Of a stretch of 64,000 nucleotides of DNA, positions 1 to 11,589 are shown piece after piece. This stretch comes from Podospora anserina. Taxonomy: Eukaryota. The translations under genes and the position numbers were made by a program. The notes under the pieces are model-generated. The model made no database searches and had not been told where the DNA came from. It saw only the letters and a list, made by a program, of their open reading frames with translations. The first letter of the stretch is position 1. Every line of letters begins with the position of its first letter. The DNA is taken from positions 3,658,001-3,722,000 of the forward strand of contig CM030333.1 in the NCBI GenBank assembly GCA_017654855.1, written 5' to 3'.

Positions 1-1320
1 GTCTCTGGACATGCAGTCCGGATACGGCCCGGTGAGGACCTCCTCCCCAGCTCAACAGTACACGCCATATGGCGGTGGATACAACCCTGCTGGGGAGTCG
101 CCGCGCAGTCCATCGGTGCAGCAACAGCCTGCTCAGCTCGCTGCAGCCACACCAGGCTACCAACCATATGGATATCCCGGTGCGCCGATCAATGGTGGGA
201 ATGCTGCCAGTGATCTGCCCACTCCCACTTCTGAGAAGCAAGGCTTTGAAACCAAGACTGAGGCCGCTGGGACCTCTGGTTATCAGGCCCCCTCGTACGG
301 ATATGAGCCGCCATCGTTCACTGCTTACGAGGCACTAAAGGAGGAGGAGAAGCCTGCATCGGAGGAGACTACTGGCGACGGCGGATATGAGCCTCCCTCG
401 TATCAACCATACAGCTACGAACCCCCCTCATACCAGCCTGACCCGCCCTCTAACGAGGACGAAAAGTCTGTGGATGAGAAGCCCAAGCACAAGAAGAAGA
501 GTTTCATGGATGATGACGATGATGACTACCCTCCCATGAAGCCATCATCATCGACACCAGCGGAGAAGAGCAAGGAAGAGAAAGACAGGGAAAACGCAGA
601 GATGTTCCGCAAGGCAGCTGAAGAAGATGGTAGGCCCCCTTTCGCCCCCTTTTTCACCAGTATAACACCGCTGACCATATCACAGCCAAACGCGCCGAAG
701 CAGCCAAAGCGCAAAAGAAAGGATGGGGCTTCGGCTCCTGGTTCGGCGGCAGGAAATCCGACGCCATGCCCCAGCAGCAAGAAGCCGCCGGCACACCCAA
801 CAAGCCCATCCGTGCCAAGCTTGGCGAGGCCAATTCTTTCTATTACGACCCTGAGCTCAAGCGGTGGGTGAATAAGAACAGTTCTGGGGAGGACACAGCC
901 AAGAAGGCGACGCCTCCTCCTCCAAAGGCGGGACCGCCGGGTGGTGGTGCTAGGTCTGCGACGGCTAGTCCGTCTTTTCCTCCTCCGGGGGCGGCTGATC
1001 CGGGGAGGGCCAGTGCGCCTCCTCCGAGGGTTGCGTCTGTTGGGAACCTGACACCGCCGGGGTCGGGATCTGAGATTGGTTTGAGTGCGCCGCCTGCTGG
1101 GCCGGTGGGCATGTTGAGGAGTGCGAGCAGTACTAGCACTGCTAGTGCGCCGCCTGGTGGTGGGGCGAGACCGCCTATGGCGGGTGCGGGACCGGCGAAG
1201 AGCTTGAGCAATAGCAGTAGTATCGATGATTTGTTGGGTGCGGCGGGGCCGAGGAGGCCGGGGCAGGGAAAGAAGCCTAGGAAGAGCGCTAGGTATGTGG
1301 ATGTTATGACGAAGGATTGA
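1..1320 (+). CDS. SEC16: COPII coat scaffold Sec16, C-terminal part (5' end outside window); intron 630-685
   Basis: Pro/Tyr-rich GYEPPSY repeats. Splicing GTAGGC..CTGAC..CAG joins ORF 11..871 to 766..1320, giving [36 protein letters not shown] and SIDDLLG..RYVDVM, typical of the fungal Sec16 C-terminus. Confidence 0.85.
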
Positions 1321-1753
1321 TTGAGGATTATCAAAGGATTGGGATGGGAATAAGGGTTGGGGGAGATATGTGAATACGCTCATTATGGGGTTTATGAAAG
1401 AAGGGTATAATAAAACGGGGGGGAGAGGGGGTGGGGTGTACAGTGGGTTGTACAGTTGACTGTTTTGTATTTATAGAAGCTGAGCCTTTTGTGTAATAAC
1501 TTTTTGGTTTTTTGCTGGTGTTTGGTGGGTTGGGGTTGCGAATATATGGGGTTCACAGGATTCTCTGTTTTATTATGGCAAATACTGTCTTGCTGTGTCA
1601 TACATACTAAGGTGTATCTATCTGTCTATCCCATTCTCGATATTAATAACGCTTTTTTTCATTGTGTCGCTATCCGGCCCCAAGCAATCCTAGACAGCAA
1701 ATAACGCCGCGCTGCAAATCATTACCCGATATCCCATCCAGCTGCTATTCTCT

Positions 1754-3006
1754 TTACGAACTAAAAGACGAGACGTAATACTACCGCCTGTTAGCAACCC
1801 CCCGGTCTCAAGATCTTCATGGAGGAAAAACTCACAGTAACAACATCCTCCATCCCCCCCACCCCACCCCCCACCCCACCGCTAGAATGCGGCACGTAGA
1901 CATACAGTATCAAAGCGTGCTCGTCGCTAAAACAAGCGATAACCCTCCCCTCCAGCCGTCCCACACTCAACACCCTGCTCCAGTCCTTCCCGTCGACCCT
2001 AACAGTAGCCCACTTATCCCTCCCCGCCTCTCTAAACACCGTACTCGGGTGCTCCTCGAGCGGCATCGCCAATTGACTAGGATCCAGCTCAGGGTTCTCC
2101 AGCCCGTCCCAGACAGAGGTTATATCCAGCGTGTCAGTTCTCAGCCGTAGCCGCAACGAGCCGTGCATGTTAGCTGATAACTCCAACTTTGGGTCCTTGG
2201 TCACGATGTTGTTGTGGGAAGAGGAGGAGGGAGAAGCGGTAGTCAAAGCAAGCTTGGTGAACCGATCGGAGATTGCTTTGAGCTGGAGGAGAGGGGGAAG
2301 TTGGATGTGGACGTCTGGCTCGCGGACTTTGGGCTGCATGATTGTTTCTACTGTGTCTGGGTGCAGGACGCGGACGGGGATGTCCTGGGTGATGATCTTT
2401 TCGCGTTCTCGTTTCATTTGGAGTTCTAAGGGTTCGGTGGGGAAGGGGGAGGGGTCGTTGAAGGGGTCATTGTCGTCGTCGTCGGCGGCGGGTCTGGAAT
2501 GAGGGGCTGCTGGGTTGGGACCCCCGGAGTCTTTGGTCATTGTGTGGATTACCATCGATAACATCGGGGCGCCGTCCTTTTTTGTGAGGCGGAGGTTGGC
2601 GTTGTGGGAGTTGATGGCGGAGCGGAGGGCTCGTTGGAGGGGGGCGAGGGGGAGCTCGAGGTTGATGGTGTTGGCTGGTTCGTTGGATTGGAGTTGGTAG
2701 TTGTCGAAGATTAGGTCTGCTGAGAGGGAGCTAGATAGAGGCGTTAGCTAGCTAGTAGAGGGTAAATGGGGGGAAGGGGGGACATACGCCCAGACTTGTG
2801 ATCCCACCTCTGGGATCACGGTGAAGCGGACCGTGTCATCGTCGAGACGGATCCAGGCGATCTTCTCGAGGGAGTTCAACGCTGCGGCGAGCTCTGCGAA
2901 ACATGTTAGCAACAACCCACATAAATGGCAATCAGCGGGCAATAATTTGGTGTGGTAATTTACTTGAAAAAGTCCTGATGTTCTTGAGATCCGTCTTGAA
3001 CCGCAT
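1754..3006 (-). CDS. HUS1: 9-1-1 checkpoint clamp subunit Hus1 (exons 3006-2964, 2893-2788, 2730-1836, 1780-1754; 356 aa)
   Basis: N-terminus [58 protein letters not shown]; three canonical introns keep the frame. Confidence 0.85.
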
Positions 3007-3423
3007 TTTCAATTTTCATAAATGGCACATCACAGAAAAAAGGTAACACATGTGAGATGAGATGCAATCAATTAAGTTGTGCCGTCGCGTCGTGTCAGGT
3101 CACAAGCTTACATCCATGGTACACACACTAAAGCTAGTGCGGGGTAGTACCTGGGGTTCCTGATCTGCCCCGCTATGCTTCCCTAGCCCCCCCGCCTAGA
3201 TAAACCCCCCCGTCCAGCTGTAGTCTATCGATGACAATTAAAAAGAAATCAGCCAAACGGCGCCCTTCGTAGAAAACCAAACCAGAATCCAAGTTCGTTG
3301 CAACTGTACCCTCGCGCCTACCAAAAAATTCCATAGATATCCCCCACATGGTCGTTCATCCGTAACCCGTTTGTACACAATATTGCGCTCATGTCATCAT
3401 ACACAGTCCATCACTTCATCCCG

Positions 3424-4182
3424 TTATACCTCCTGTGGAGCTTGTGCTTTCCACCACCTCTCCCATCCCGAATCCCTCGCTCTGGCCAGGTCCGGCTGGC
3501 CCCATAGTCCCGGCACATAAGGGGGATACTGTGGTGCCTGCCGACGATTCTCTCTTCTCCGGCGAGGGTTCAGTGCGTCGGCAATATATCGAAAAGGCCT
3601 CCATAGACGGCTCCTCTTCACCATGTACCCTGCCTGGACCCTCGCCTGATCGCAATACCCACAACTCTTCCAACCCAGATCGCCGAGTGCAGTTTTTTGT
3701 TTTGTAGTCGCCTTCCTCAGCTTTGAGACCGTACCAACGCATGGCATAGGGAGCACCGGGTGTCCGCAGGAGTGGTAGGCTTTCTGGCGGCAAATCGGGC
3801 ATGTTGGACGGTTGTCTGCCACGATGCCAAGATAGTGCTTGATGCAATGACTTCCGAACCGGTGTCCACAAGGTAGCTCACTCCATGTTTCTGTCGTGCC
3901 TTCTGGGTTTTCTGTGCCGACTAGGTCGGTGCAGATAGGGCATGACGCTTCCGGGTCTGGGGTTTCAATTTTCTTTTCCGACTCGACAACGGTTGGCCCG
4001 CCTTTTCGGTCGTAGAAAGCTACCATTTTCCCCATTCTGCTGTTTAGGTGAAATAACGTCTGGAGCAGAAGAAAAAAAGATAATAAGAGGGGAGAGCTTT
4101 TGCTGATAACAGCGGCGATTTCTGTCCAAGTCCAAGGCCTGCCTGTGGCTATTTGCACTGGCGGTACAGCCCCGGGTGACAT
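3424..4182 (-). CDS. RING-finger protein (putative E3 ligase) with an N-terminal hydrophobic segment
   Basis: CPIC...LPCGHRFGSHCIKHYL...CPICR RING pattern, followed by an extra HSCGH..CGYC Cys cluster; the start codon is uncertain. Confidence 0.75.
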   Translation of the reverse strand: MSPGAVPPVQIATGRPWTWTEIAAVISKSSPLLLSFFLLLQTLFHLNSRMGKMVAFYDRKGGPTVVESEKKIETPDPEASCPICTDLVGTENPEGTTETWSELPCGHRFGSHCIKHYLGIVADNRPTCPICRQKAYHSCGHPVLPMPCVGTVSKLRKATTKQKTALGDLGWKSCGYCDQARVQAGYMVKRSRLWRPFRYIADALNPRRRRENRRQAPQYPPYVPGLWGQPDLARARDSGWERWWKAQAPQEV

Positions 4183-5320
4183 TCAGATGAGTTGAAAGGG
4201 GGGGTTGTTGGGAAGGAAGGAGTCCCCTTTTTGCTTTTTGAGCAGCGTTCGGCGAGAAAATAGGCGTGGAGCGGAGGGCGGACAAGGCTGCCAGCAAAAG
4301 GCAGATTGGCTGGGCTGAGTTTCTAAGCCCGAAAGAACAACATGAGAGAAACAAGCGCGAGCAAAAGAAAAGAAGTGGAAGAAAACCAGGACTCTTGGGG
4401 ACAGCACAGCTGAATGTCAAGAAGAAGAAGAAGATGGAGAAAGGGCAGGGCAGGCTGCCAGAATATATTTTGCACGCTCGATGTGTGAACTTCAGAACCA
4501 AACGACAACTGGTACCCGGAGCTCGGCCTCCCTAACTTATACCATCCACATCAACCTTAAAAGGCATGCGTCGAAGCAAACTTGACAGATGCCGGCGCGC
4601 CAATGAAATGACGCAGACACATGATCATGACCTCTCCCTCCACACTCTTGCCTAGGCTCAGCGCCGGTCCCGTCTGCCAATGGGGGTCAATCAAAGCTAA
4701 CAGCTCCCGTCAGCTAGGGCTACCCAGGACTCCCGCATCAACCTGCGTCCCTGAGGCGCCTAAATTCCGACAGCTAGCATCTCGACGGGCTGCTTTCGTA
4801 CGATTTGTGCTTTGGAGATTTTGAGTTTCTGCTACACGTCCTGGCATCCCCCAGCCCTAAAACGAAGCCGTTGTTTCTTCCCAGGCCCTCTTCTGTGCCT
4901 TCACCATGTTTGCTCCTTGAGGTGAGAGGACCTGGCCCGCAAGGTTCTTTCGAGACATGCATCACGGGTGGGGCACCTGATGGATCCACGCGGGCATCGA
5001 ACCCACAGGCCACAGGTTCTCTCGAACTGCAACTCTCCGGCAAATGCAGATATGATTTGATGTATCGCTTTTCCCGAGGTTCTGGGAGGGTGTTGAAGAA
5101 GGTGAGCTCATGACTGCATTATTCTCTCTTGCCAGTAGCTTTCGTGCGTGGCTTCGTGAAATGGTCGGCATTTCTTATCACCTTATCTACATGCTTCCCC
5201 CCCCCCTTGCTGCCCACCCCCGCCGAACAGCCTTGGCAAGACACGGCCGCTTGGCAAAAGGTGAGGACCGACCACCGACCGCAAAACGCCACAAGAAAGT
5301 ACACTGCGCAAACACGACCG

Positions 5321-5350
5321 TTGACACCTTGACACCTTGACACCTTGACA
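5321..5350. repeat. 8-nt tandem repeat (TTGACACC) x ~3.7
   Basis: ttgacaccttgacaccttgacaccttgaca seen directly. Confidence 0.85.
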
Positions 5351-5389
5351 GCCCTGTCACCAACCACCACGTCGCATCACGCATACACG

Positions 5390-6814
5390 ATGGATTCCGC
5401 TCCAGCCCAGTCCACTGCGCTCGTTCGCAAGCGGACAGATACAGAACTGATGCCACCACCTCCTCGAGCAAAACGCATCAAACGACCAAAGCGAGTCCTG
5501 GACGAGGATACCTACACCGATGCCTTGTCCCACATCATCGCCCGCGACTTCTTCCCCGGCCTGCTTGAGAGCGAGACCCAGCAAGAATATCTCGATGCCC
5601 TGGATTCCAAAGATGACGAGTGGATTGCGAGTGCTGGCCGCCGGCTCCAGCAAGTAGTTATGACACCTGGCCGACGACGAAACCTCGCGACTCCTTTGCG
5701 GCAGCCCTTGCAGACAACAACGGGTCAGACACCTCTGAATTTCGTGGGTGACACGCCTGCCTCGATCGCATCATCTTCGGTAACAGCCGCGACCAACAAG
5801 GCAACAAATGTGGACACCAACATGTCTCTTGCAGCCTTCCAGTCGAAATACACCTCGGAAGACAACGAGTCCTTTTACAAGCTGCTCGACAGACAAAATC
5901 AAAAACACGTCGAGAAATACGCCTGGCTATGGACTGGAAACAAGCTACCTTCAAAACAACAGCTTAAACAAAAGGAGGTGCAGGCCAAGTTGCTCGCTCA
6001 ACGGGGCGCGACGGGTCTAACAGACGATGGCTTCAAAAAGGACCGACTCGCCATAATGGATCAGGATGCTTTTGACCGCCCGGCAGCACCAGACCAATGG
6101 AAGTTCAAGCCACAAAACGAGCTCATGTTCACGCCTGCTGGCATCGAAGGGGTGGAGACGGTGTCGGAAAGAAGAGAAAGGGAATCAAGAATGGATCAGA
6201 AGAGGGTCGTCTACGAGAACACAAGAGTGCCGGGCCCAAATCTGAAAATCACCACTGAAGGTGAAGAAGATAGGTCTCGGGCTGGATCACCTACTCTATC
6301 CGAAATCCGAAACGCCATCGCCGGCAAGAGAAGAGCGTGTGACACGGAAACTAAAGCTAGCAGCGTCGCGGGAGGGGAAACGCCAAGGGTGAACGGCTAT
6401 GCTTTTGTTGACGATGAAGAGCCGGAGCCAGAACCGGTCAGGAGGTCAAAATCATCAAAGGCACCGGTCATCAATCTTGGTCCGGGGGATGCAACACCTA
6501 ATCCGTTCAAAATCCAGGAACAGCGGGGACGAGAGGCGCTGCATCATCGGATGGTGGAGAGAATATCGCAATCCAAGAGAACGAGCGCGAGGCTGGGGGT
6601 GACTGGGAAGGTGGAGAGGACGCCGGCGCCCAAGTTTCCTAGTAGTCCTAAGGTTGGGGCTCCGGGGCTTACACCTGCTGCGCAGAGGTTGTGGGGGAAG
6701 ATTGGGGGTTCTGGGAGGGGGAACGAGTCGCCTTTTAGCGGGTCGGTGAAGGCGACTCCGAGGGCGGCGACGCCCAAGCTGAAGGGATCGGGCTTGAAGA
6801 GTATGGGGAAATAG
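5390..6814 (+). CDS. Nuclear protein ES2/DGCR14 (Bis1-like splicing-associated factor)
   Basis: VLDEDTYTDALSHIIARDFFPGL, SLAAFQSKYTSEDNESF and ETPRVNGYAFV motifs; first ATG at 5390. Confidence 0.85.
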   Translation: MDSAPAQSTALVRKRTDTELMPPPPRAKRIKRPKRVLDEDTYTDALSHIIARDFFPGLLESETQQEYLDALDSKDDEWIASAGRRLQQVVMTPGRRRNLATPLRQPLQTTTGQTPLNFVGDTPASIASSSVTAATNKATNVDTNMSLAAFQSKYTSEDNESFYKLLDRQNQKHVEKYAWLWTGNKLPSKQQLKQKEVQAKLLAQRGATGLTDDGFKKDRLAIMDQDAFDRPAAPDQWKFKPQNELMFTPAGIEGVETVSERRERESRMDQKRVVYENTRVPGPNLKITTEGEEDRSRAGSPTLSEIRNAIAGKRRACDTETKASSVAGGETPRVNGYAFVDDEEPEPEPVRRSKSSKAPVINLGPGDATPNPFKIQEQRGREALHHRMVERISQSKRTSARLGVTGKVERTPAPKFPSSPKVGAPGLTPAAQRLWGKIGGSGRGNESPFSGSVKATPRAATPKLKGSGLKSMGK

Positions 6815-7321
6815 ATGGGGCGGCAGCATGGGAATGGGAGTTTGGCCTGTGATACCCTAGAGTTTTCCATTTGATTTGAATGTTTTGTACTAGCATTTTA
6901 GATAGCGACGTGGCTTGTAGTCGGGAATGTACAATGTATTGCGGAATATATGATGGTACCTTTCTTGAGGTGTTCCAAACGCGCGTGGCCATCCCGCGCC
7001 CGCCAAAAACAGTGGGGCTGGTTGTGTCCCGAGTCCACGGATCACTACCGGCCGCTAGGCAGGGGCCCCCGGCTCAGCTTGGGACAGGGGCTGGATCAAC
7101 GTCACTCCCAAATTTTTGCGGCTCTTTCCAATTTCCTCGGCTCCGTGCCCACGAACCGGCCAGCTCCATTCGGAGTTTAGGAACATCCACACAGTCTACG
7201 ATATCACTCACCCAGCCTCACAATATGAGAGGTGTATCGCAGCACAATATCTCTCGATAACGACTTTCTTTTTTTTTCTTTTTTTCACAATCGAGAATTG
7301 CGGGATTAACTGCAGCGCAGA

Positions 7322-9580
7322 ATGAGGTTAGCGGACCTCCTCGTCGACCTGGCCGCCGTGGCCAGTGCGTCGAAAAGCGTGGCGGCCAAGCATGTCGCGC
7401 TGAGGGCGAGGCAGGTGGAGAGGTATGGGCAGACGTCGAGTATATTGAGGGATGCTCTTCTTGGGAGGCAGAAGGCAGCACAAGGTCAAAAAGAGGAACC
7501 ACCAAATGTGGAGAGGGGGGATGAGGAAAAAGCAACACCACCACCACCAGCCGAAACTCACCAGCAGCCAGAGCCGCCAAAAGAAAAGGAGGTGTCGGGT
7601 GCCATTCCCAAGGAAGCACCACCGCCGCCGCCGCCGCCGGAAGAGACAACACAACCCGCTCCTACCCCAGAAAAGAAACGCCCAACCCAAGAATTCAAAC
7701 CAGCCCCCTGGGCAGAAGGTTCCATCGCCCTTTTGAAGCAGGGGTTTGTCCCGCCCAGAAGACCACCAACTTCCCTCCCCAGCATTGGAAAACAAAAGAT
7801 CGACATCCCTCTTCTGAAAGTTGACGAGACAGAAGAGGTAGATGTCAGTTCTCTGTTTCACACGTCTAAGGGGTCCAAAATCCTGGAGGCCTTGAAGTCG
7901 AAGGAGGATGAAACCAAAGAAGCGGCAGGGGAGTACGTCCAGGTTGCTGAGGCTGGCAAAACCGAAAACAAGGTGGTTGAAAAAGAAGAAGAGCAGCCAT
8001 CAAAGGAGGTTGACTCGGCGCCGGCGGTGAAAGACGTGATATCCGAACCGACCAAAGAAGTCGTGGCAGAGCCAGTAAAGGAAGTCGTCTCCAAGCCTTT
8101 GAAGGAAGCCGTTTCGGAACCAATCAAAGAAGTCGTCTCCGAGCCTCTGGAAGAGGTCCTCTCAACCCCCGAAAAAGAAGCCACAGCAGAAACCACCCCC
8201 CCTCCCCCATCACCACCACCACCACCACCCGCACAATACGAACTCCGCGAGTCCCGAGTCCCCTCCACCCGCCTCGGCCGCCTCTGGAACTACGGCGGCC
8301 TAGCAGCAGGCATGCTTGCCGGCGCAGTCACCGAGTCCGTCTCCCGCACCTTCAACGGCTCCTCCTCCTCCTCCTCTTCTTCTTCCGTAATGCTCTCCCC
8401 ATCAAACATGACCCGCCTAGTCAGCAAACTCTCCCGCATGCGCGGTGCAGCCCTCAAGCTAGGCCAGATGATGTCCTTCCAGGACGCAAAAATGCTACCC
8501 CCCCCTATCCAAGAGGTCTTGCAACGTGTCCAAGACAGAGCAGATTACATGCCCTCCTACCAGCGCGACCGCGTCCTCGGTCAGAGCTTGGGAGAGAACT
8601 GGAGGGAGCTATTCAGTGAATTTGACGAGAAACCTATTGCAGCCGCCTCGATAGGGCAGGTTCACCGCGCGGTGTTGAAACAGTCTGGGGAGAGGGTTGC
8701 AGTCAAGATTCAGTTCCCGGGTGTGGCGGAGAGTATCAACTCTGACTTGGACAACATTGCCGTGTTGCTGACCGCGACAAAGCTGCTCCCGAAGGGGTTG
8801 TACTTGGATAAGACGATCGAGAATGCGAGGTTGGAGCTGGGGTGGGAGTGTGATTATGAGCGGGAGGCGGAGTGCGCGGAGAGATACAGGCAGAACCTGC
8901 TGTCGGATGAGGTGTTTGCCGTGCCGGGGATCTATCCCGAGGCGAGCGGGAGGCATGTGCTGACGATGGAGTGGATGTCTGGCACCGGAGTGACGCGCAT
9001 CGCACCAAACCTGACGCAAGAACAAAAAGATTGGATCGGGACGCAGATCTTGAGGTTGTGTCTCAGGGAAATCACAGAGTTCAAATTCATGCAGACGGAC
9101 CCGAACTGGACGAATTTCTTGTACAACCCCCAGGAAAACAAGCTGGAGCTGTTGGACTTCGGGGCGTCGAGGGAGTACCCTGACTCTTTTATCAAGCTGT
9201 ATGTCCAGCTTTTGGAGGCTTCGTCACGGAATGATAAAGATGCGGTGAAGGAATTGTCGGAGGAGTTGGGGTACTTGACTGGTCATGAAAGCAAGCAGAT
9301 GCTCGAGGCGCACTTGACGAGCGTGATGACGCTCGCGGAACCGTTCATGGAGACGGCGCCGGAGGTGTACGATTTTAAGGATCAGACGATTACGGAAAGA
9401 GTAAAAGCGCAGATTGGGGTCATGATACATGAGCGGTTGGCGCCGCCGCCCGAGGAGACGTATTCGTTGCATCGGAAGCTGTCGGGCGCGTTTTTGCTGT
9501 GTGCGAGGTTGGGTAGCAGGGTGAGGTGTAGGGAGTTGTTCCAGGACGCTCTGGAAAAGTCGGGGTATAAGAAGGACTGA
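7322..9580 (+). CDS. COQ8: Mitochondrial atypical kinase ABC1/COQ8 (ubiquinone biosynthesis); may start at 7225 via an intron
   Basis: MRGAALKLGQ (KxGQ), PIAAASIGQVH, VAVKIQFPG, MQTDPNWTNF and LLDFGA motifs. Confidence 0.92.
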   Translation: MRLADLLVDLAAVASASKSVAAKHVALRARQVERYGQTSSILRDALLGRQKAAQGQKEEPPNVERGDEEKATPPPPAETHQQPEPPKEKEVSGAIPKEAPPPPPPPEETTQPAPTPEKKRPTQEFKPAPWAEGSIALLKQGFVPPRRPPTSLPSIGKQKIDIPLLKVDETEEVDVSSLFHTSKGSKILEALKSKEDETKEAAGEYVQVAEAGKTENKVVEKEEEQPSKEVDSAPAVKDVISEPTKEVVAEPVKEVVSKPLKEAVSEPIKEVVSEPLEEVLSTPEKEATAETTPPPPSPPPPPPAQYELRESRVPSTRLGRLWNYGGLAAGMLAGAVTESVSRTFNGSSSSSSSSSVMLSPSNMTRLVSKLSRMRGAALKLGQMMSFQDAKMLPPPIQEVLQRVQDRADYMPSYQRDRVLGQSLGENWRELFSEFDEKPIAAASIGQVHRAVLKQSGERVAVKIQFPGVAESINSDLDNIAVLLTATKLLPKGLYLDKTIENARLELGWECDYEREAECAERYRQNLLSDEVFAVPGIYPEASGRHVLTMEWMSGTGVTRIAPNLTQEQKDWIGTQILRLCLREITEFKFMQTDPNWTNFLYNPQENKLELLDFGASREYPDSFIKLYVQLLEASSRNDKDAVKELSEELGYLTGHESKQMLEAHLTSVMTLAEPFMETAPEVYDFKDQTITERVKAQIGVMIHERLAPPPEETYSLHRKLSGAFLLCARLGSRVRCRELFQDALEKSGYKKD

Positions 9581-9938
9581 TGGACATGTGTAAGATCGTG
9601 TAAGATGAGTTGTTTAAATCATGCAGAAAGCGTCAAGGCAAGCTGTGTCGTGTCTTGGGTAGAATACACCTGGAGAGCATGTCTGCTAGAGGAGATCATT
9701 ATCATACCAACCCCCTCCACGAATAATCACAACTACATCCGGCATCGAGACAAGTAAACGTGCCCTAGCGCTTACTATAGCTATGTCTGACTTAATGATA
9801 TTATAGTTGGAATGTTAATAGTAACGACCAACGAACCGACTAATAAACGACCCGCTCACCGTCACTATCAACCAACCATTCCAACCACCTACAAACCTCT
9901 ACCCTTCCCAACTCGTGCCCCATAACCCCCCAAACAAA

Positions 9939-10988
9939 TCACCGATCCTCCACCGTCCTCCGAGCCCAAGGCAGCAACTTCTTCTCCTTACCCGCCACCT
10001 TCTTCCTCCTCCTCTCAATCGCCCTATCCACCTGCCCCTTCTTCATCCCCTTGAACGTCTCCACCACCACCCTCTTCTTCTGCTCGCTCCTCTTCAGATA
10101 GAAAGGATTCTTCCCCTGCCTCACCAGCTCCTTCTCCTTCTTCTTGTGCTCATCCAGCACCTTTTGCGCCTTGTCCTTCCTCTCCTGCGCCTTCTTCTTG
10201 CTCTCCATCGACAGCAACGCCTTCTGCAGCTTCTCCTTCTCCTCCGCGTTCTTGCTCTTCTTGATCGCCACCCGAAGCTCCTGCATCTCCTTCTCGCGGT
10301 ACTCATCCAAAAAAGCGTACGCTTTTCGGGCTTTGATCTCGTCTATTTTCGACGTGGCCGACATGGTGGAGGGCGCAAAGAAGCGGGGGTCGCGATGCTG
10401 GGGTTTGGTCGATGTTGGGTCGAGGAGGAAGTCACGGCGGCGGGAGACCTGGCGTTTTGACGACAACTCGACAGGGGCGTGTTTGCTTGTGCGGGAGGGC
10501 TTTTCCAGGGGTTTCTTGTGATTCTTCTCAAGAGAAAACTTGTTGTCGTTGTTGCTGTTATCCCGAGAGCTGGACGCTTCGGAAGCGGCGCTGCTGGAGC
10601 GGCGCTTGCGCTTGTTGAGCTTGTCGCCTAGGGCTGCTTGGGCTTTGGCGAGGGCGCCAAAGGAGAGCTGGTGGGTGGGTTGGGGGGTGTCATCTTCCGA
10701 TTCATCCTCGCCGTCTTCGGGGTCTGAGCCGAGTTCGGAGTTTTCCTGGGAAGATTTTGTTAGCATTTTGTTCTGAAAGTGAAAATATGGCGAGTTGCAA
10801 ACCTCATCGCTGCCGCTTCTCATCTCAGCCTCACTCATCTCCTCGTCTTCACTGTCAAACCCGGCACCCTCCTCACTTGGCGCATCGCTCATCTCCTCGA
10901 CATCTGATTCAGGCTCCGGCTCATACCTGGGGCGAACCCGCCTCTGCAGGAGAGTGGCAGGCGGCTGCTTGCGTTTGACGGATGACAT
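9939..10988 (-). CDS. RRP36: rRNA biogenesis protein Rrp36 (in-frame 57-nt intron 10746-10802)
   Basis: SKHAPVELSSKRQV, RDPRF, YAFLDEYREKE and GKNPFYLKRSEQKK motifs. Confidence 0.88.
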   Translation of the reverse strand: MSSVKRKQPPATLLQRRVRPRYEPEPESDVEEMSDAPSEEGAGFDSEDEEMSEAEMRSGSDEVCNSPYFHFQNKMLTKSSQENSELGSDPEDGEDESEDDTPQPTHQLSFGALAKAQAALGDKLNKRKRRSSSAASEASSSRDNSNNDNKFSLEKNHKKPLEKPSRTSKHAPVELSSKRQVSRRRDFLLDPTSTKPQHRDPRFFAPSTMSATSKIDEIKARKAYAFLDEYREKEMQELRVAIKKSKNAEEKEKLQKALLSMESKKKAQERKDKAQKVLDEHKKKEKELVRQGKNPFYLKRSEQKKRVVVETFKGMKKGQVDRAIERRRKKVAGKEKKLLPWARRTVEDR

Positions 10989-11589
10989 GGTGGTTTATGA
11001 GTGACGCTTGTTTGCAAAGTATCGGCAGGAGTGATGAGCGTGAATGAGAATAACTGAGTCAGGCAGTGAGATTCTGTGTCGCTCGTTTAGATTGTTTGAC
11101 GGTGTGTAGTGTCGGTGCCGTGTTGGGTGGTTGATGAGATTTCGCGATAGAAGGCGAACCTTGATTGATGCCTTGTCGTTGACCAGTTGGAAAAAAATGT
11201 TGGAGAGCAAGCGACGTGCTGCACTAACAGAAACGGGTGGAAAGTATGGTGGTAATTGTTTACACCGTACATAGACCCACTTTTCGCGGATGGCTATGTT
11301 CTTTATAGCAGTATGGCAACAGCCATCAGTTCAACGGAGCAGGATACAAGAAATTCACAGGTAATTCGAAGTTCCACAGGCTCAATAGCCTACAAGAATA
11401 TTTATATTCATACCATCCGCATACAGCCCCAAATCAAGTCATCGTCTTCATCAAGTGCAAGCAACAAACTCTGGTATCATTCTCCCTAACAAAATCACCA
11501 CCCAAACGCCATTCCCATGATCGCTATGACATCAAACCTAACAGACCGCCCATTCATGACATAAACTGTACAAATCCGCTCCCCAAGCC

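Noticed and set aside
4183-4407. ORF ending in TGA directly before, and in frame with, the RING gene ATG
   Set aside because: Starts at GTG, has low-complexity UTR-like composition, and the TGA context does not fit editing or readthrough.
4990-5006. T-arm/B-box-like hairpin GTGGGTTCGATGCCCGC on the minus strand
   Set aside because: No matching acceptor stem, D-arm/A-box or anticodon arm upstream, so it is not a tRNA; at most an isolated B-box.
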